The notes beneath the pieces were generated by a model. It was not told the DNA's origin. It searched no databases and worked only from the letters and a program-made list of their open reading frames with translations. The translations under genes were made by a program, and so were the position numbers. This document shows positions 23,419-36,227 of a stretch of 64,000 nt of DNA, piece after piece (the first letter of the stretch is position 1; each line of letters starts with the position of its first letter). Source of the DNA: Torpedo marmorata. Taxonomy: Eukaryota. The stretch spans positions 165,726,001-165,790,000 of the forward strand of contig OZ360226.1 of the NCBI GenBank assembly GCA_977017645.1, given 5' to 3'.

Positions 23419-26400
23419 ATGGATGTAGAAAGTTTTTTGGAATCACCTGAACCTGATACTTTAAAAAAGGCTAAAAAGGAACAGTTAGTGGATATAGCAA
23501 CATAGTTGGGCATTGCTTCTGTAAAATCATCAATGAAAAAGGCAGAGATTTGGAGAAAAATTGCCAAATACTATATAAAAGGAAAAAAAGTTTGAGGAGA
23601 GCGTGTTAGGGCAGTTTCCCAAGGGTAAGCCTTCTGAAAACATACAGTTGGAACTAAAGAAATTGGAATTGGAACAAAAGAGATTAGATTTAGAGAAAGA
23701 GGAGAACATTAGGCGATATGAGCTGGGAAAGATTAAGTTGGAAAATGAGAGGAGACAAAAAGAGCACCAAGATCAAATTTGTCATCCTGTTGAGAGGTTT
23801 TTGGCCAGGAGAGAAGTTAGGTTGGTTCCTCCATTTGAGGAGGCAGAAATAGATAAGTACTTCCAGCATTTTGAGAAGGTGGCTGTGAAATTAAAATGGC
23901 CACAGGACCAATGGTCTCTTATGTTACAAAGTGTAATTAAAGAAAAAGCTCAGCAATCTTATTGTACTCTTACCATGGTACAAGCTGCTGATTATGAAAC
24001 GGTGAAAAAGGCTATACTCCAGGCTTATGAGTTAGTTCCAGAGGCTTATAGACAGAAGTTTAGAAATTAAAAAAGATCAGCAACACAATCTTACACAGAA
24101 TTTGCCTATGAAAAGGTTATGTGTTTTGACCGGTGGTGCACATCTCAGGCAGTAAACAATGATCAAAATCAATTGAGAGAATTGATAATAATTGAGGAGA
24201 TAAAAAGGTGTGTTCCTGAGGATATTAAGGCATACTTAGATGAAAAGGAGGTGAAAACTTGGCAAAATTCAGCTAAGTTAGCAGATGAATATGCTTTAAC
24301 CCACAAGCCTAAGTGGACGTCAGGCAGAATTTTCCAAAACGGCACTGTGGATATACCCAAACAAGTGGAAAATAAATTTGGAAGTTGTGTTAAGGAAAGA
24401 GATGAAGGAAAGTGGAAAAGGGCAAACCCTTCGGGTCCCATTTGCCACTACTGTAGGAAGACTGGTCATATGCTAGCAAGCTGTCCAGTGGTGAAAAAGA
24501 AGAGAGAAATGGATGCAACACCTAATGCTTGTATTCAGAGTGAGAAGAGGCATAACACCCAGGAAGGAGACAAATTTACTGACAAAGTTAGGGATGTATT
24601 TAAACCTTTTGTGACTGATGGTTTTGTTTCATTTAAGGCAGGATCAAAGCATCTTCCAGTGAAAATCTTGCGAGATACTGGAGCTGCTCAGTCACTTGTG
24701 TTAGATAGTGTCTTGGAATTTGTGAAGCCATTGACACCGGTGAAATGAATTTAATTAAAGTAATTGGGGGTGATGTTGAGTCCATTCCTTTGCACAAAAT
24801 AGTGTTGAACTCAGCCTTGGTGGAAGAACCTGTTATAATAGGAGTGAGATCAGAGTTGCCAGTAGAAGGAGTCTCAATGTTGTTAGGCAATGACTTGGCT
24901 GAGGGTAAAGTAGTTCATGCAGTGCAAATGACGACTAAGCCAGTCATTGATAAGTTAGAGAAGGACTTTGATATTTATCCGGCATGTGCCATAAACAGGG
25001 CCATGTCTAAGAAAAATGTCACTGTAGAGAAGGCAGTGGAAAATAAATTGGCGAAAGAAAAAGTCGGTAATAATCAAAAACACCTGGAAAAGGTTGAGAA
25101 ATCTCCTGTGTTAGACCCATACACTAATAAGACACCTAAAGGCACAGATTTGTCACTATCCTGACAGGAGCTAATAGCAAGGCAAAAGGAGGATCCTGAT
25201 CTTGCTGAGGTGAGGGATGAGGTTCTCTCTGAGGAGGAGATAAGAAGGTGCCAGAGGGATATTATGAAAAAAATGGGGTGTTGATGAGAAAGTGGAGACC
25301 ATGTGATGTTCCTGCCAGTGAAGAATGGGCAGTAGTGCAGCAAGTTGTGATCCCTAAAGTATATAGGGACAAAATAATAACTTTGGCTCATAGCACACCC
25401 TTAGGTGGTCACCTTGGTGTGAAGAAAACTATACTAAAGATAATGAAACAATTTTATTGTCCCAGTTTGAGAATGGAGGTTGTAAGCTTTTGCCGGGCCT
25501 GTCACACTTGGCAGGTGGTGGGTAAACCTAATCAGGGTCCCCTGGTGGCACCCTTGCAACCTATCCCTGCTTTCAGTGAGCCTTTCTCGAGAGTGATTGT
25601 GGAATGTGTTGGCCCATGGCCCATTGCCCAAAACCAAAATGGGGAATGAGTATTTGTTAAAAATTATGTGTGCAGCCACCAGATTTCCAGAGGACATTCA
25701 TCTGAGAAAAATTAAAGCAAAAGCAATTGTAAAGGCTATGGTAAAGTTTTTCACCTTGGTAGGTTTGCCAAGGGAAATTCAATCAGATCAGGGCAGTAAT
25801 TTCATGTCAGGCGTATTCAAACAAGTGGTTGATGGACTGGGAGTTAAACAGATTTTATCCTCTGCGTACCATCCAGAAAGTCAAGAGGCCTTGGAGAGGT
25901 TCCATTTGATTTTGAAAAATGTGATTAGAACCTATTGTTGTGAGGAGGGAAAGGATTGGGATGAGGGTGTTCATTTGTTGTTATTTGCAGTGAGGGAGTC
26001 TGTCCAAGAATCACTTGGTTTTAGTCCATTCGAGTTAGTTTTCGGACACGAGGTGAGATGTTCTTTAAGGTTATTAATAGAACAGTGGATTAATAGTGAT
26101 GTGCATTTAATTCTATTGGATTATGTTTCCAAATTTAAGGATCGGTTGAATAAAGCTTGCGAGATGGCAAAGGAGACTTTAAAGGCCACTCAACAGAGAA
26201 TGAAGGTTTGGTATTATCGAAAGGCTAAGATGATAACTTTTAAACCTGGTCAGAACGTATTAGTTCTGTTTCCCACACATTCCAATCCTCTTAGGGCTAG
26301 ATTTTCAGGACCCTATAGAGTTAAGGCAAAAAATTAATGAGGTCACCTATGTCATAGAAACACCTAATCGCAGACGAGACACACAGGTCTGTCATGTGAA

Positions 26401-27945
26401 TATGATTAAGCCATATTTTGAACAGGTGCCACATAAAGAGACTGAACATTTACCAGAGGTGCTGGTTATCGACCAGGGTAAGGAGGAGACAGATAAAACC
26501 AGTTTCAGGGAGGGTCATGGGACACAGAAATTGATAAGCCCGAGGTTAGAAAATTCCATGATTTTGCGCAATCTGGAGACAAAGTTGGCTCATCTGAAAA
26601 CTTCCGAAAAGGAAGAGATGGGTCAGTTATTTTTAAAATTTATAAATTTATTTCCCGATGTGCCTCAGAAAATTTCCATCGCTTATCATGATGTGGATGT
26701 AGGAGATGCAAGGCCAATAAAACAGCATCCCTATCGAATCAATGCAGAAAAGTGCAAACTGGTAGATCAGGAAATTGACTGCATGGTAAAGAACAATATC
26801 ATTCGAAAGTCTACTTCCAATTGGAGTTCCCCTTGTGTTTTAGTGCCTAAGCCTGATGGAACGGTTAGGTTTTGCACTGATTATAGGAAAGTAAATGCTG
26901 TGACAAAGACAGATGCTTATCCTATTCCGAGAATAGACGATTGTATAGACAAGGTGGGGAAGGCCAAATTTCTTACAAAAATTGACATTGAAAGGGTACT
27001 GACAAAAAAGGGCAAGGGCGATTTCTGCATTCGCAACACCTTTTGGGCTGTATGAGTATAATGTTATGCCTTTTGGTATGAAGAATGCTCCAGGAACATT
27101 TCAGAGAATGATTAATTCAGTAATTCAAGGCTTGAAAAACACAGGTGCTTACATTGATGATTTAATTGTAAGTAGTGACATCTGGGAAGAGCATGTCTTT
27201 GAGTTAAAACAATTGTTTGAACGACTGTCAAATGCAAATCTCACAGTTAATTTAAGTAAAAGTGAGTTTGGACATGTGACTGTTATTTATCTGTTATGTA
27301 GTGGGACAGGGGCAGTTGGCACCAGTAGAGGGAAAGGTTGTGACTATTTCCGAGTTCCCTGTTCCAACTGGTAAGAAAACTCTGAGGAGGTTCCTGGGAT
27401 CAATTGGCTACTACCGCAAGTTCTGTAAATCTTTGCAGATCTTGCACTCCCTCTCACAAATTTGCTGAGAAAGTGAGAAAAATTTGTATGGTCGACAGGT
27501 TGTCAGGAAGCATTTGTCAAATTGAAAGCCATGTTATGCCACCAACCTGTGCTGAAGTCACCTGATTTAGAAAAGCCGTTTTCTTTAGCCGTGGATGCCA
27601 GCGATGAAGTTGTGGGTGTGGTGCTGCTACAGAGGAAGAACGAAGAGGACATTGACCATCCAGTATCCTACTTCTCGAAGTTCAATGATCATCAAAAGAA
27701 TTATTCAACCATACAAAAAGAGTTGTTAGCTCTTGTGTTGGCTCTACAACACTTTGATGTGTATATCTGTCCAGCTCAAAAACCACTCATAGTGTATACT
27801 GACCATAATCCATTGGTTTTTCTTTGTAAAATGAAAAATAAGAATCGACTGTTGTTGAATTGAAGTCTAATTTTGCAATATGATTTATTAATAACTCATA
27901 AAAGGGAAAAATAATGTAATCGCTGATTGTCTTTCTAGATGCTAA
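23419..27945 (+). pseudogene. Disrupted gag-pol of the Gmr1-like element
   Basis: ATG at 23419; ORF pieces 23603-24070, 24119-24748, 24745-25164, 25248-25649, 25597-26337, 26396-27055, 27066-27374 and 27522-27863 are separated by stops and frameshifts. Confidence 0.9.
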
Positions 27946-28077
27946 ACTTTATAAATGAAAATAGTTCATATTTTGTGTTTGTGGATGAACATTGTGGGTT
28001 TTGTTTATATTGTGTCACCTCAATTAATTTCCAAAATTTTGTTTTTGAAGAATAAAATTTTCTTTGTAGGTGGGAGG

Positions 28078-28919
28078 TGTTATGGACCATGACTGACCAC
28101 TTGGACTGCAGACAGTCAGCAGGAAGGATGAAGTCTTTTGGAGTACATACTGGGACCAGGTACTGAAAGAGTTAACTTGCCCAGGACTGGGTGTACTCAG
28201 AGAGAGACACCCAGAAAGAGACAGGCTGTGCAAAGATACTTTGTTGCCCTTTTGCAAAAGCAGGTGCAAACCTCTGCAAAAAGCATTGAGATTCAGTTTG
28301 GAGTTGCAAGAGGCTGGAAGAACACAGCCAAAATCCAGGCTTGTGCATCCTTGGGGAAAAGGCTGGGAGAATAGCACATGGCCTCCTGTATCAGCGAAAT
28401 CCTGAGTTAAAACAACTTTCGTGAAGAACAAGCATGAGATCAGCAAGACAGGCTGTGAGATCCAAGTACACGCCTCAATCAAAACTGATTTGGAGTCACA
28501 ATCCTAGTGTATCTACTGAAAGGGAAAGTCATCAGAGAAGAAAAGCAGGCCAAGCATTCGTAAGCTTAAACAGTCATTGTCTCTCTCTCCAACGTTCATT
28601 AAGAAGTCCTTAATGCCAGTACACACAGCTGAATTTGGACCCTAAACATAGAGAGTGATTTTTGGGACTGACTTATTTTTATGACTGACCTGGGGTTTTG
28701 GTGAAGGTTTTCCATTTTTACATGAGGTTTGGGCACAGACTGTAATGGTCTGGGCTTTACACACACACACACTCTTTAGATAAGAATAGTGTTTATAGAC
28801 GTTTATAGTGGGGTTAATTGTTAAGAAATTATATGTTTAATTGTCTTTAATAAATATAAATTTCAATTTTACCCCTTTTGCATTGCGTCTTCTGTTGTTG
28901 CTGGTTTGAATTTGTAACA
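28078..28919 (+). repeat. 3' LTR of the Gmr1-like element, preceded by a polypurine tract
   Basis: TG...CA termini; purine-rich AGGTGGGAGG at 28068-28077. Confidence 0.93.
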
Positions 28920-29476
28920 GTATCATGACCTGAATGGCCTCCTTTGGCGTCAATAATGTTATAACATTATTCAGTGTGGTTTGACATGGTGCTAGAAAGA
29001 GGGCACTGAATGATTAGGCTCAATTAACCTATGCATGAACAGACATGGCACAGTTGGCCTTCCTTTTATCATCAGTGCTGTGTTATTTATTACCTGGTGC
29101 ATAGCCATCCCCGAGATCGAATTCTGGCACCAACCTGAGCCCACAGATGCTCTTAACATGGAGGTCCAGATTACCTACAATTACACTGGACAATTTTTTT
29201 TCAAAAGGTTTGCTTCCTGAAAAAAAACGGACAACTTCCAGCTGAACACAAAGATAATTTCAGATTTGTCTTATCATGTAGGAAGTTGGAGAAATTGCAT
29301 TAACTTTGATTGAATCTAGCATGTTTAATCACATAATGATGCTGACACATTGTTAGTCCAACTGACCCAAAAATGTTTTGCCACTGATTTTTATTTGTAC
29401 TCAGCATCTGATGCCTCTCATATCAGTGTCCAACAATAGTCGGCCAGCATTGATGGATTCCAGTTGCACTAATACA

Positions 29477-29811
29477 CATGGTCAGCATCATGGGGGAGCA
29501 TTCGCAGGCCATGCCCCCCCCAAATGAGTTATTGTGCCCCCCCACCCACCCGCAGCACTTGCGTCACTGGGTGACATCATCAGAGGGGGTGTCACCAAAA
29601 TGAATCTTGTGGTTTCGTCTGCACGCGCGTATGTCTGTTACGTCGGAGGGTGGGGGAAGTGTGATGGCGGCGCACGGAGGTGGTTCATGGCAGGTATGGC
29701 ACCCACGCCCCCCACTGATTGAGTTCTCGAACAGCAGTTTGTCCGTTCCCCCCCCCATGGTAACCCTCATGCCCCCCCCCCCCGCTTAGGCTTGTTCTGA
29801 TGCCGGCTCTG
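29477..29811. mobile_element. Non-autonomous hAT-like element
   Basis: GC-rich insert with imperfect TIRs CATGGTCAGCATCA / TGATGCCGGCTCTG (10 of 14 match) and 8-bp TSD CTAATACA/CTAATACT. Confidence 0.65.
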
Positions 29812-30621
29812 CTAATACTGCTTTTCCATGGTCGAAATGCCCTGGTGAAACATTTCACCTTGTTCGTCACTGACTGCACCAAGATCAGCAGGGAAAAAGT
29901 CCAAGTGCAAATGCAGAAAAAGAATTTTCAATGACATGTTGCACTTCATGGTTTTGTATGCTTGAAGTATACTTAAAATATGACAGGAAATCACAAAATA
30001 GGTTATATCTAAAAAACAGTATGTGATAGGAAAACATTAAGGTGATTTTCGTGATCAGCAGCGCAAAATCCATAATATACACCAAAAAGTATTCAGAAAG
30101 CAAAATCTTTGTTGTCCAGTGTTATTGCTTGAAGCAATTGCATAGGTTAGAGAAAGTTGATGGGAGCCTCAAGGAAGCACATGTGTTAGCGCCATCTGTT
30201 CAGCCAGGCAGCTTTGGGCCCTTCTCATACGGCTCCACCCAGGCAGGGTTTGCGAAAGTGTTATATTTGAATCAAAAACAAAGATCAAGCATCAAAAGTG
30301 TGGATACAATGCTCCAAAATGTTTGCTAGCATCACGCATGGGTCAGTACATCTTTCACATAAGGCAAATAGCAGTTAAGAGAGCAACAGAATGTTATCAT
30401 TTATTGTTAAGGGGATTTTATACACAAGTGACTAGGTTATGCAACAGTTAATTAGGGTATTGGTGAGACCACATCTAAAGTTTTGCTCTCTTCATTTTAT
30501 GATCATGGTTGATACATTGCAAAGAGTTCAGAGAACATTTACTGGTCCAATACTTGGAATGGATAGACTGTCATTTGAGGAAAGGTTGGACAGGATAGGA
30601 TTATATCTGATGGAGTTCAGT

Positions 30622-31942
30622 TCAGACATACCTGGCCGGTTGCTGAGGCACTGTGTGGACCAGCTGACTGAGGTCCTAAAGGATATCTTCAATATCTCAC
30701 TGCAGCAGTCCATTGTCTGCGCAGAATTCAAGGCAGCCACCATCATTCCGGTGCCAAAGAGAGCAATGGTAGCTGGACTAAATGACTACGGTCCAGTGGC
30801 ACTAACCTCCACGATCATGAAATGCTCAGAGCGATTTGTAATACCTACCAGCAACAATGGTCCCATTCCAATTTGCCTATCTGCCAAACCGATCCACAGA
30901 TGGTGCAATAGCCCTGGCCCTCCAAGAGAACGATGCCTCACATGCCACCCTGTGGTTCATTGACTTCAGTTCGGCGTTCAACACAATCATACCTCAGAAG
31001 CTGGTGGATACACTCAGTGCCCCTCTCTGCAACTGGATCCTGGATTTATTGAATGAAAGACCACAATCTGTCTGGGTTGGCAGCAAAATCTCAAGCCCCA
31101 TCACACTGAGCACTGGTACACCTCAGGGCTGCGTGCTCAGCCCGCTACTGTTCACGCTGCTAACTCACAACTGTACTGCCAGGATCAGCTCCAACAGAAT
31201 CATCAAGGTTGCAGATGACACAATGGTAGCTGGCCATATCGATAACAATGTTGAGTCAGGTTACAGAGAGGAGGTTGAAAAGATTGTACAGTGGTGCAAG
31301 AGCAACAATCTAAGTCTCAATGTGGACAAGTCAAAGGAGATGATTGTAGACTTCATATCGCAGAGAGTGGGGAGCACAGTTTCTTGGCGTCCATTTCAGG
31401 TATGACCTATCCTAGATGGACAACATTAGTCAGGAAGGTGCAGCAGCGCCTACACTTCCTAAAGAGGTTGAGGAGGGAAAGGCTACTGGCCATCATCCCA
31501 ACAGTATGTGTCCTGGCTGGTTGCATCATAGTGTGGTAGTTGCAAAGCATCAAATTGCAAGTCAGAACAGAGAGTGATTAAAATTGCTGAGATCACTGGG
31601 TTCTCCCTTCCCTCTTGACGATATTTACAGGGAGCAGTGCTTGAAGAGGACTCAGCGAATCATTGAGGACCCTTACCATCCAGCCTGCAGTATCTTTGAG
31701 ACACTACCTTCAAGGAAGATATACAGGAGGATTAAAAACCAGGAATGCAGGCTGGGAAACAGCTTGTTCGCACAGACTGTTGAACAATCCTAGAAACCTG
31801 TGAATTATTTTTATATTTATTTTGGATTGCTATGTATACGTCCTTTTTGTGCAGGATGTACTGTGTGTGTGTACTGTAGTCTGGAGATATTCTGTTTTAG
31901 CAGGTTGTATATGTACAATCAAATGACAATGAATGAACATGA
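30622..31942 (+). mobile_element. 5'-truncated Rex1/Babar-like LINE (RT fragment)
   Basis: IPGRLLRHCVDQLTEVLKDIFNISL...PVALTSTIMKC; [11 protein letters not shown]; [15 protein letters not shown]; KVADDT; 3' tail ending in a GAA-rich repeat. Confidence 0.85.
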
Positions 31943-31995
31943 AGAGTGAGAGGGACCTTAACTGAAACACCTCACATCCTAAGGGGTCTTGACAA

Positions 31996-32460
31996 GGGGC
32001 GGCACGGTTGGCGCAACATCTTTACAGCACCAGCGATCGGGACCGGACCTGGGTTCGAATCCTGCGCTGTCTGTAAGGAGTTTGTACGTTCTCCCTGTGT
32101 CTGCGTGGGTTTTCTCTGGGGGCGCCGGTTTCCTCCCACCATTCAAAATGTACCGGGGTGTAGGTTAATGGGGTGTAAATTGGGCGGCACAAACTCATAG
32201 GGCCGAAATGGCCTGTTACAGTGCTGTATGTCTAAATCAATTTTTTTATTTTAATTTTTTTACACAGCGCCAGCAATCAGGACCAGGGTTCGAATCCTGT
32301 GCTGTCTTTAAAGAGTTTGTACATTCTCCCCATGTCTGCGTGGGTTTTCCCCGGGGGCTCCGGTTTCCTCTCACTGTTCGAATGTAGATTAATTGCGTGT
32401 AAATTGGGCAGCAGACTCCTGGGCTGAAATGGCCTGTTTACCGTGCTGTATGCCTAAATT
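31996..32460 (+). mobile_element. Two tandem HE1/V-SINE-like tRNA-derived SINEs (31996-32237 and ~32262-32460)
   Basis: tRNA-like head with B box GGGTTCGAATCC, V-domain GGAGTTTGTACGTTCTCCCTGTGTCTGCGTGGGTTT, CR1-like tail GGGCCGAAATGGCCTGTT...GTCTAAAT. Confidence 0.85.
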
Positions 32461-32839
32461 TAAAAAAATGATTTAATTTAAATATTTAAAATTTAAAGGT
32501 GGATGTGTAAAGGCTGTTTCCCCATGTAGGAGAATCAAGAGCTTTGACTGATTGTTTTAAATTAATAGGTCTCCAATTTTAAAACAGAGATGAGCCATCT
32601 TTTCCTGAGGATTGAGCCTATCCAACTCTCTTCCTGAAAAGATATTGGAAAAAAAGTTCTTGAATATTTTAAGGCAGGGGCAGATAGTTTCAACAGAGGG
32701 TGAAATTTTATAATGGGTATTCAGGAAAGTATTTTTGAGGTTTCAGTCAGATCAGCCATGATCGTATTAAATGATAGAACAGGCATGAGAGGTGGAGTAG
32801 CCAACTATTCCCTGTTCTCATACCTGTAAATGTGTATGG

Positions 32840-33575
32840 ATATGAACACAAGAGAAAGGAATGGGAATGGACATTCTGTTCCTCAAGATTGGTCTGCAAT
32901 TCAATAAGATCATGGCTGATCTCCCACTGATTATTTTCTTGGCCTATTTCTAGAGACTTTGATATCTATGATATTCAGAAATCTATTGATCTCTCTTTTA
33001 AATGTAATGAATCTACCCTCAACAGCCCTCTGGGATAAAGAATACCAAAGATTCACTACTCTCTGAATGAAGAAATTTCTCTTCATCTCAATCCTAAATG
33101 GACTACTGCTTGTTTAAATTTAGACATACAGCACTGTAACAGGCCAATTTGGCCCATGAGCCTGTGCCGCCCAATTACACCCAATTAACCTACACCCCCA
33201 GTACATTTCGAACGGTGGGAGGAAACCAGAGCCTCAGGAGGAAACCCACGCAGCACGGGGAGAAAGTACAAACTCCTTACAGCGCAGGATTCGAACCCTG
33301 GTCCCGATCGCTGGCGCTGTAACGGCTACGCCAATCGTGCCACCCTTGAGGTGTCACTCATAGTTCTGCCCAGGAGAAACATTCCTCCTGTATCTATCTT
33401 GTTTCATCTTCTAAGGAGCTTGAATGTTTCAATGAGTAAACTCTCATTTCTGAGCAGCAGAGAAGCCTCGTCCCCACACTCATGACAGACCTCTAATCCC
33501 AGGAATCAGTCCGGTGAATCGTTGCTGTTGCCTCTAACCCCAGGAATCAATCCGGTGAATTGTTGCTGTTGCCTC
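32840..33575 (-). mobile_element. CR1 LINE 3' fragment with an inserted HE1-like SINE (33116-33345, minus)
   Basis: Reverse-strand CR1 3' UTR (AATAAGATCATGGCTGATCT) and ORF2 tail; SINE of the same family as 31996; 41-bp tandem duplication at ~33490-33575. Confidence 0.65.
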
Positions 33576-33644
33576 TATTCCAAGTTTTTCATTACTTTGG
33601 AAAGGAAACCATAAAAAAAAAAAGTTATTATTTTTGTGAAGTTC

Positions 33645-33650
33645 TTTATT
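33645..33650 (-). terminator. Candidate OBI1 polyadenylation signal (AATAAA)
   Basis: TTTATT on the plus strand ~1 kb beyond the OBI1 stop, followed in the transcript direction by a U-rich tract; the unique AU-rich UTR-like sequence ends here and repeats begin. Confidence 0.55.
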
Positions 33651-34694
33651 GCATGAGCACATTATTACATTTGAAACTGATTTTTTTTTATTTTATACAC
33701 TCTGCTCTTGCAGATATGCAAAGAATAAAAGAAATGCATTTTCAATGATGTAACATTTAAGCAAAGACATACTTTTTTTTAATATTTTCTGCACAACATT
33801 TCAAATGATCCATGCAAGACATGCCAAAACTGTGCAATATGTTAATTCCGGTTCCATTTGAAGGGAAATTACAAAAGAACACACTTTGTACCTTTCATTT
33901 CTGTACCAGAGGAAAAAAAATTCCAAGATTGCAGAATATCTTGTACAGAACTGTGTATCATTCAACCAAGCTCAACTTCTCACTTGCTCAGGTTCTTCAC
34001 TTTCACCAATGTAATAAGATCATTTGACAGATAAATGCAAAAACCCAAGTCACAGGAGGTCAGATTATTCTATAAAGTATATTTGTTTCAATGTCTTTTT
34101 GAAGGGTTGATAAATTGCTAAGTATTAACTCTCAGTTCATTTACCATAAGTTCAAAACTGCATCATGAGGGATAAGGAAGTCTAGGGGACAATTATAACA
34201 ATGGATTATTCTCCTTTTAGCACTAATACTGTAAGAGATGGAATTTCATAAGCACAATGCTAGATAATAATGTGTAGATTAAGCACCAAATTAGCACAGA
34301 GAATCTCTGTTGGGAATTACATTCAAAAGTAGTTGAGTTTCTTTTGAGTTGCCAATTTGAAGTTGTCACTGCAGCTTTCTTGTCTCCCAATGCCTTAACC
34401 ACAAACCAAAAAGATGATCAACTGCAATTGCATTTGTCACACCAGGCCAGATATTCTGCATCTGTACTCTCTGAACATGGTTTGCTTCCCATTTAATGAG
34501 ATTGGTTGTTGGCTTTTGGATTAGAGAAGCAGAAAACTTGAATACCAGGGCAGTGTTATTGTGCTGTTTCAAATAATACTTTACATGGTAACAAGAGCGG
34601 TGGGGATGGGGGAAAAAAAACCCCACAAACTACGATGATCAAATGGACTCAAAGATTCCACAGAGCAAGGAGGGAAACCTAAACACTAAGAGTT

Positions 34695-36204
34695 TCAATT
34701 CAGACTTTTTTTTGAAGATTTGGATGGACTGGACAAATCCTCGCTACAATTCAGTGGCTTCCTTTTATTGGTCTGGTATCGGTTGGTTGGTTGTAGCAAT
34801 TGTTCGTTTTCAGCCATTAAAGAGTTGTTCCATAAAGATGGTTTTTTGTGTTGGAGGACAGGCAAATCCGAAGGCACTGAGAGAAAAGGGGAACTAAAAC
34901 TACAGTGGAAAGAGGATTTCTCTTCTGAAGACAAAGATTCTTCCTTTAGGTTTGAAGCAACTGGAGATACAGAGGGTAGTGGAACCGGGCTTTGCTCCCT
35001 GTTTTTTATCTGATCTCCGATATCAGAGACAGGGACAAGGAGCTGATTTTGCCTCATTTTCTGCACTAATCTGTTCTCAGCTTCATTCAAAAGTTCAGTA
35101 CACTGCGCCAGATCTGATGTCAAAGACACGTCAAGGACAGAGAGATCTTGTCGCAGCAGAGAGCAACGAGGATTGACAGTATTCTCAGTCTCGTCCAACA
35201 TGAAATCCAGTTCCGATATCTTTTCTCGATAAGCTGCATCCATTGATGTCTCACTAGAGGTTCTGGATCTTGGACTCCTACATTCAACAAGACAAGGAAC
35301 ATCAGTAAGTGGACTACTGATAAGATCTGGCATTTTGGCCTTCAATTTGAGGTCGTCAGATGCAGAGGTTTGCAAATTCTGCCTTGCGGTCACTTTATTG
35401 GCACTTTCAGTGGGACCAGGTTGACAATCCCAAAACATCAAGCTTTCAGACGCAAGGTCCGCATTCTGCACAGGACTGCAATCAACATTTTGCTTTGACA
35501 AAATCTGCTCTTCAATATCTGCATTTCTCCATCGAGCATCATCAAAATTAAGCCTTCTCAAGTAGCTCAGCTTCTTGTCTCCATCTCTCTTTCTCAGAGG
35601 ACTGGCCTCATCATCCGTGCTGTCCAGGTGGAGGCCACCAAGTGGTGTGGATGGTGTGCAGGGGCTAGGAAGCTCAAACTGGATCTCGCTCTCACCCGTG
35701 GCCAAGGTGCGATCCTCATTCTTTACATCAGACGTCAGGCAACGCAAAACACTGTTCTTAACAGGGGCTGCGGCCAAAAGCTTGCTGTCAGCACGGACTT
35801 GTTTACTGGGAGCTGACTTGCAGCCCATTCCACTTGCATTTTCTTGGCAAGAGAGGGTAAAAGATGATCGGGCACTATCTAACTGGTTGACGGACCACTG
35901 CTCGATTTCACTGAGGCTTCGCCTCAAGGCTGTAACCCTCTTTTCCTGGAGGTCATCGCGACAGTTCCATACTTCTCCGCCACTTCCATTTTCTCCAGTC
36001 TGTACTTTAGCAGATGGTGACGCTGAAGAGAGTTTCCTCCCAATATTTTCACTTTGCTTACTCTTTCCCTTCAACCGCTCAATCTGGATCTCCATATCCT
36101 CAATGTACTTGTCACTCCGCTCCAGAGCCCTCTTCAGACGATTCATCTCGCGTTCATATTGCTCCACTTTTGACTGAAGGGCAGCCACTGTGAACCGTCC
36201 AAAT
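34695..36204 (-). CDS. OBI1: ORC ubiquitin ligase 1 (OBI1/RNF219), large terminal coding exon
   Basis: Acceptor ttgcAG|A TTT GGA CGG TTC gives (K)FGRFTVAALQSKVEQYEREMNRLKRALERSDKYIE, matching the OBI1 coiled coil as I recall it; also ELPSPCTPS, LSYLRRLNFD, RTSSETSMDAAYREKISELDFML and terminal SSPSKS. Phase matches the upstream exon. Confidence 0.92.
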
Positions 36205-36227
36205 CTGCAAGCAGATACAAATCATTT

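Larger units (their letters stand above)
22413..28919 (+). mobile_element. Full-length, decayed Ty3/Gypsy LTR retrotransposon of the Gmr1 type (gag-PR-INT-RT-RNaseH)
   Basis: Two ~850-bp LTRs, PBS and PPT. Fragmented ORFs show a SCAN-like capsid, CCHC knuckle (CHYCRKTGHMLASC), protease (LRDTGA), integrase (H..GGHLG..C; IQSDQGSNF; YHPESQEALER), then RT (WSSPCVLVPKPDGTVRFCTDYRKVN; YIDD) and RNase H (AVDASD). Confidence 0.93.
30355..32830 (+). mobile_element. Old CR1 LINE 3' portion hosting a Rex/Babar insertion and two SINEs
   Basis: VLVRPHLKFC...LQRVQRTFT...LSFEERLDRIGLY (CR1 ORF2 C-terminus); the sequence resumes at ~31943 and ~32498. Confidence 0.7.

Noticed and set aside
23603-24748. Possible domesticated SCAN/Gag gene
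   Set aside because: Interrupted by stops and frameshifts and still between LTRs, so it is a decayed element rather than a host gene.
31996-32070. tRNA-like sequence with A/B boxes
   Set aside because: It is the head of a multi-copy SINE, continuing into the V-domain and CR1-like tail; not a full tRNA cloverleaf.
33490-33575. 41-bp tandem duplication
   Set aside because: Local duplication within a CR1 relic beyond the OBI1 polyA signal; no sign of function.
35575-36177. 200-aa plus-strand ORF
   Set aside because: Antisense shadow of the OBI1 exon; no independent coding signal.
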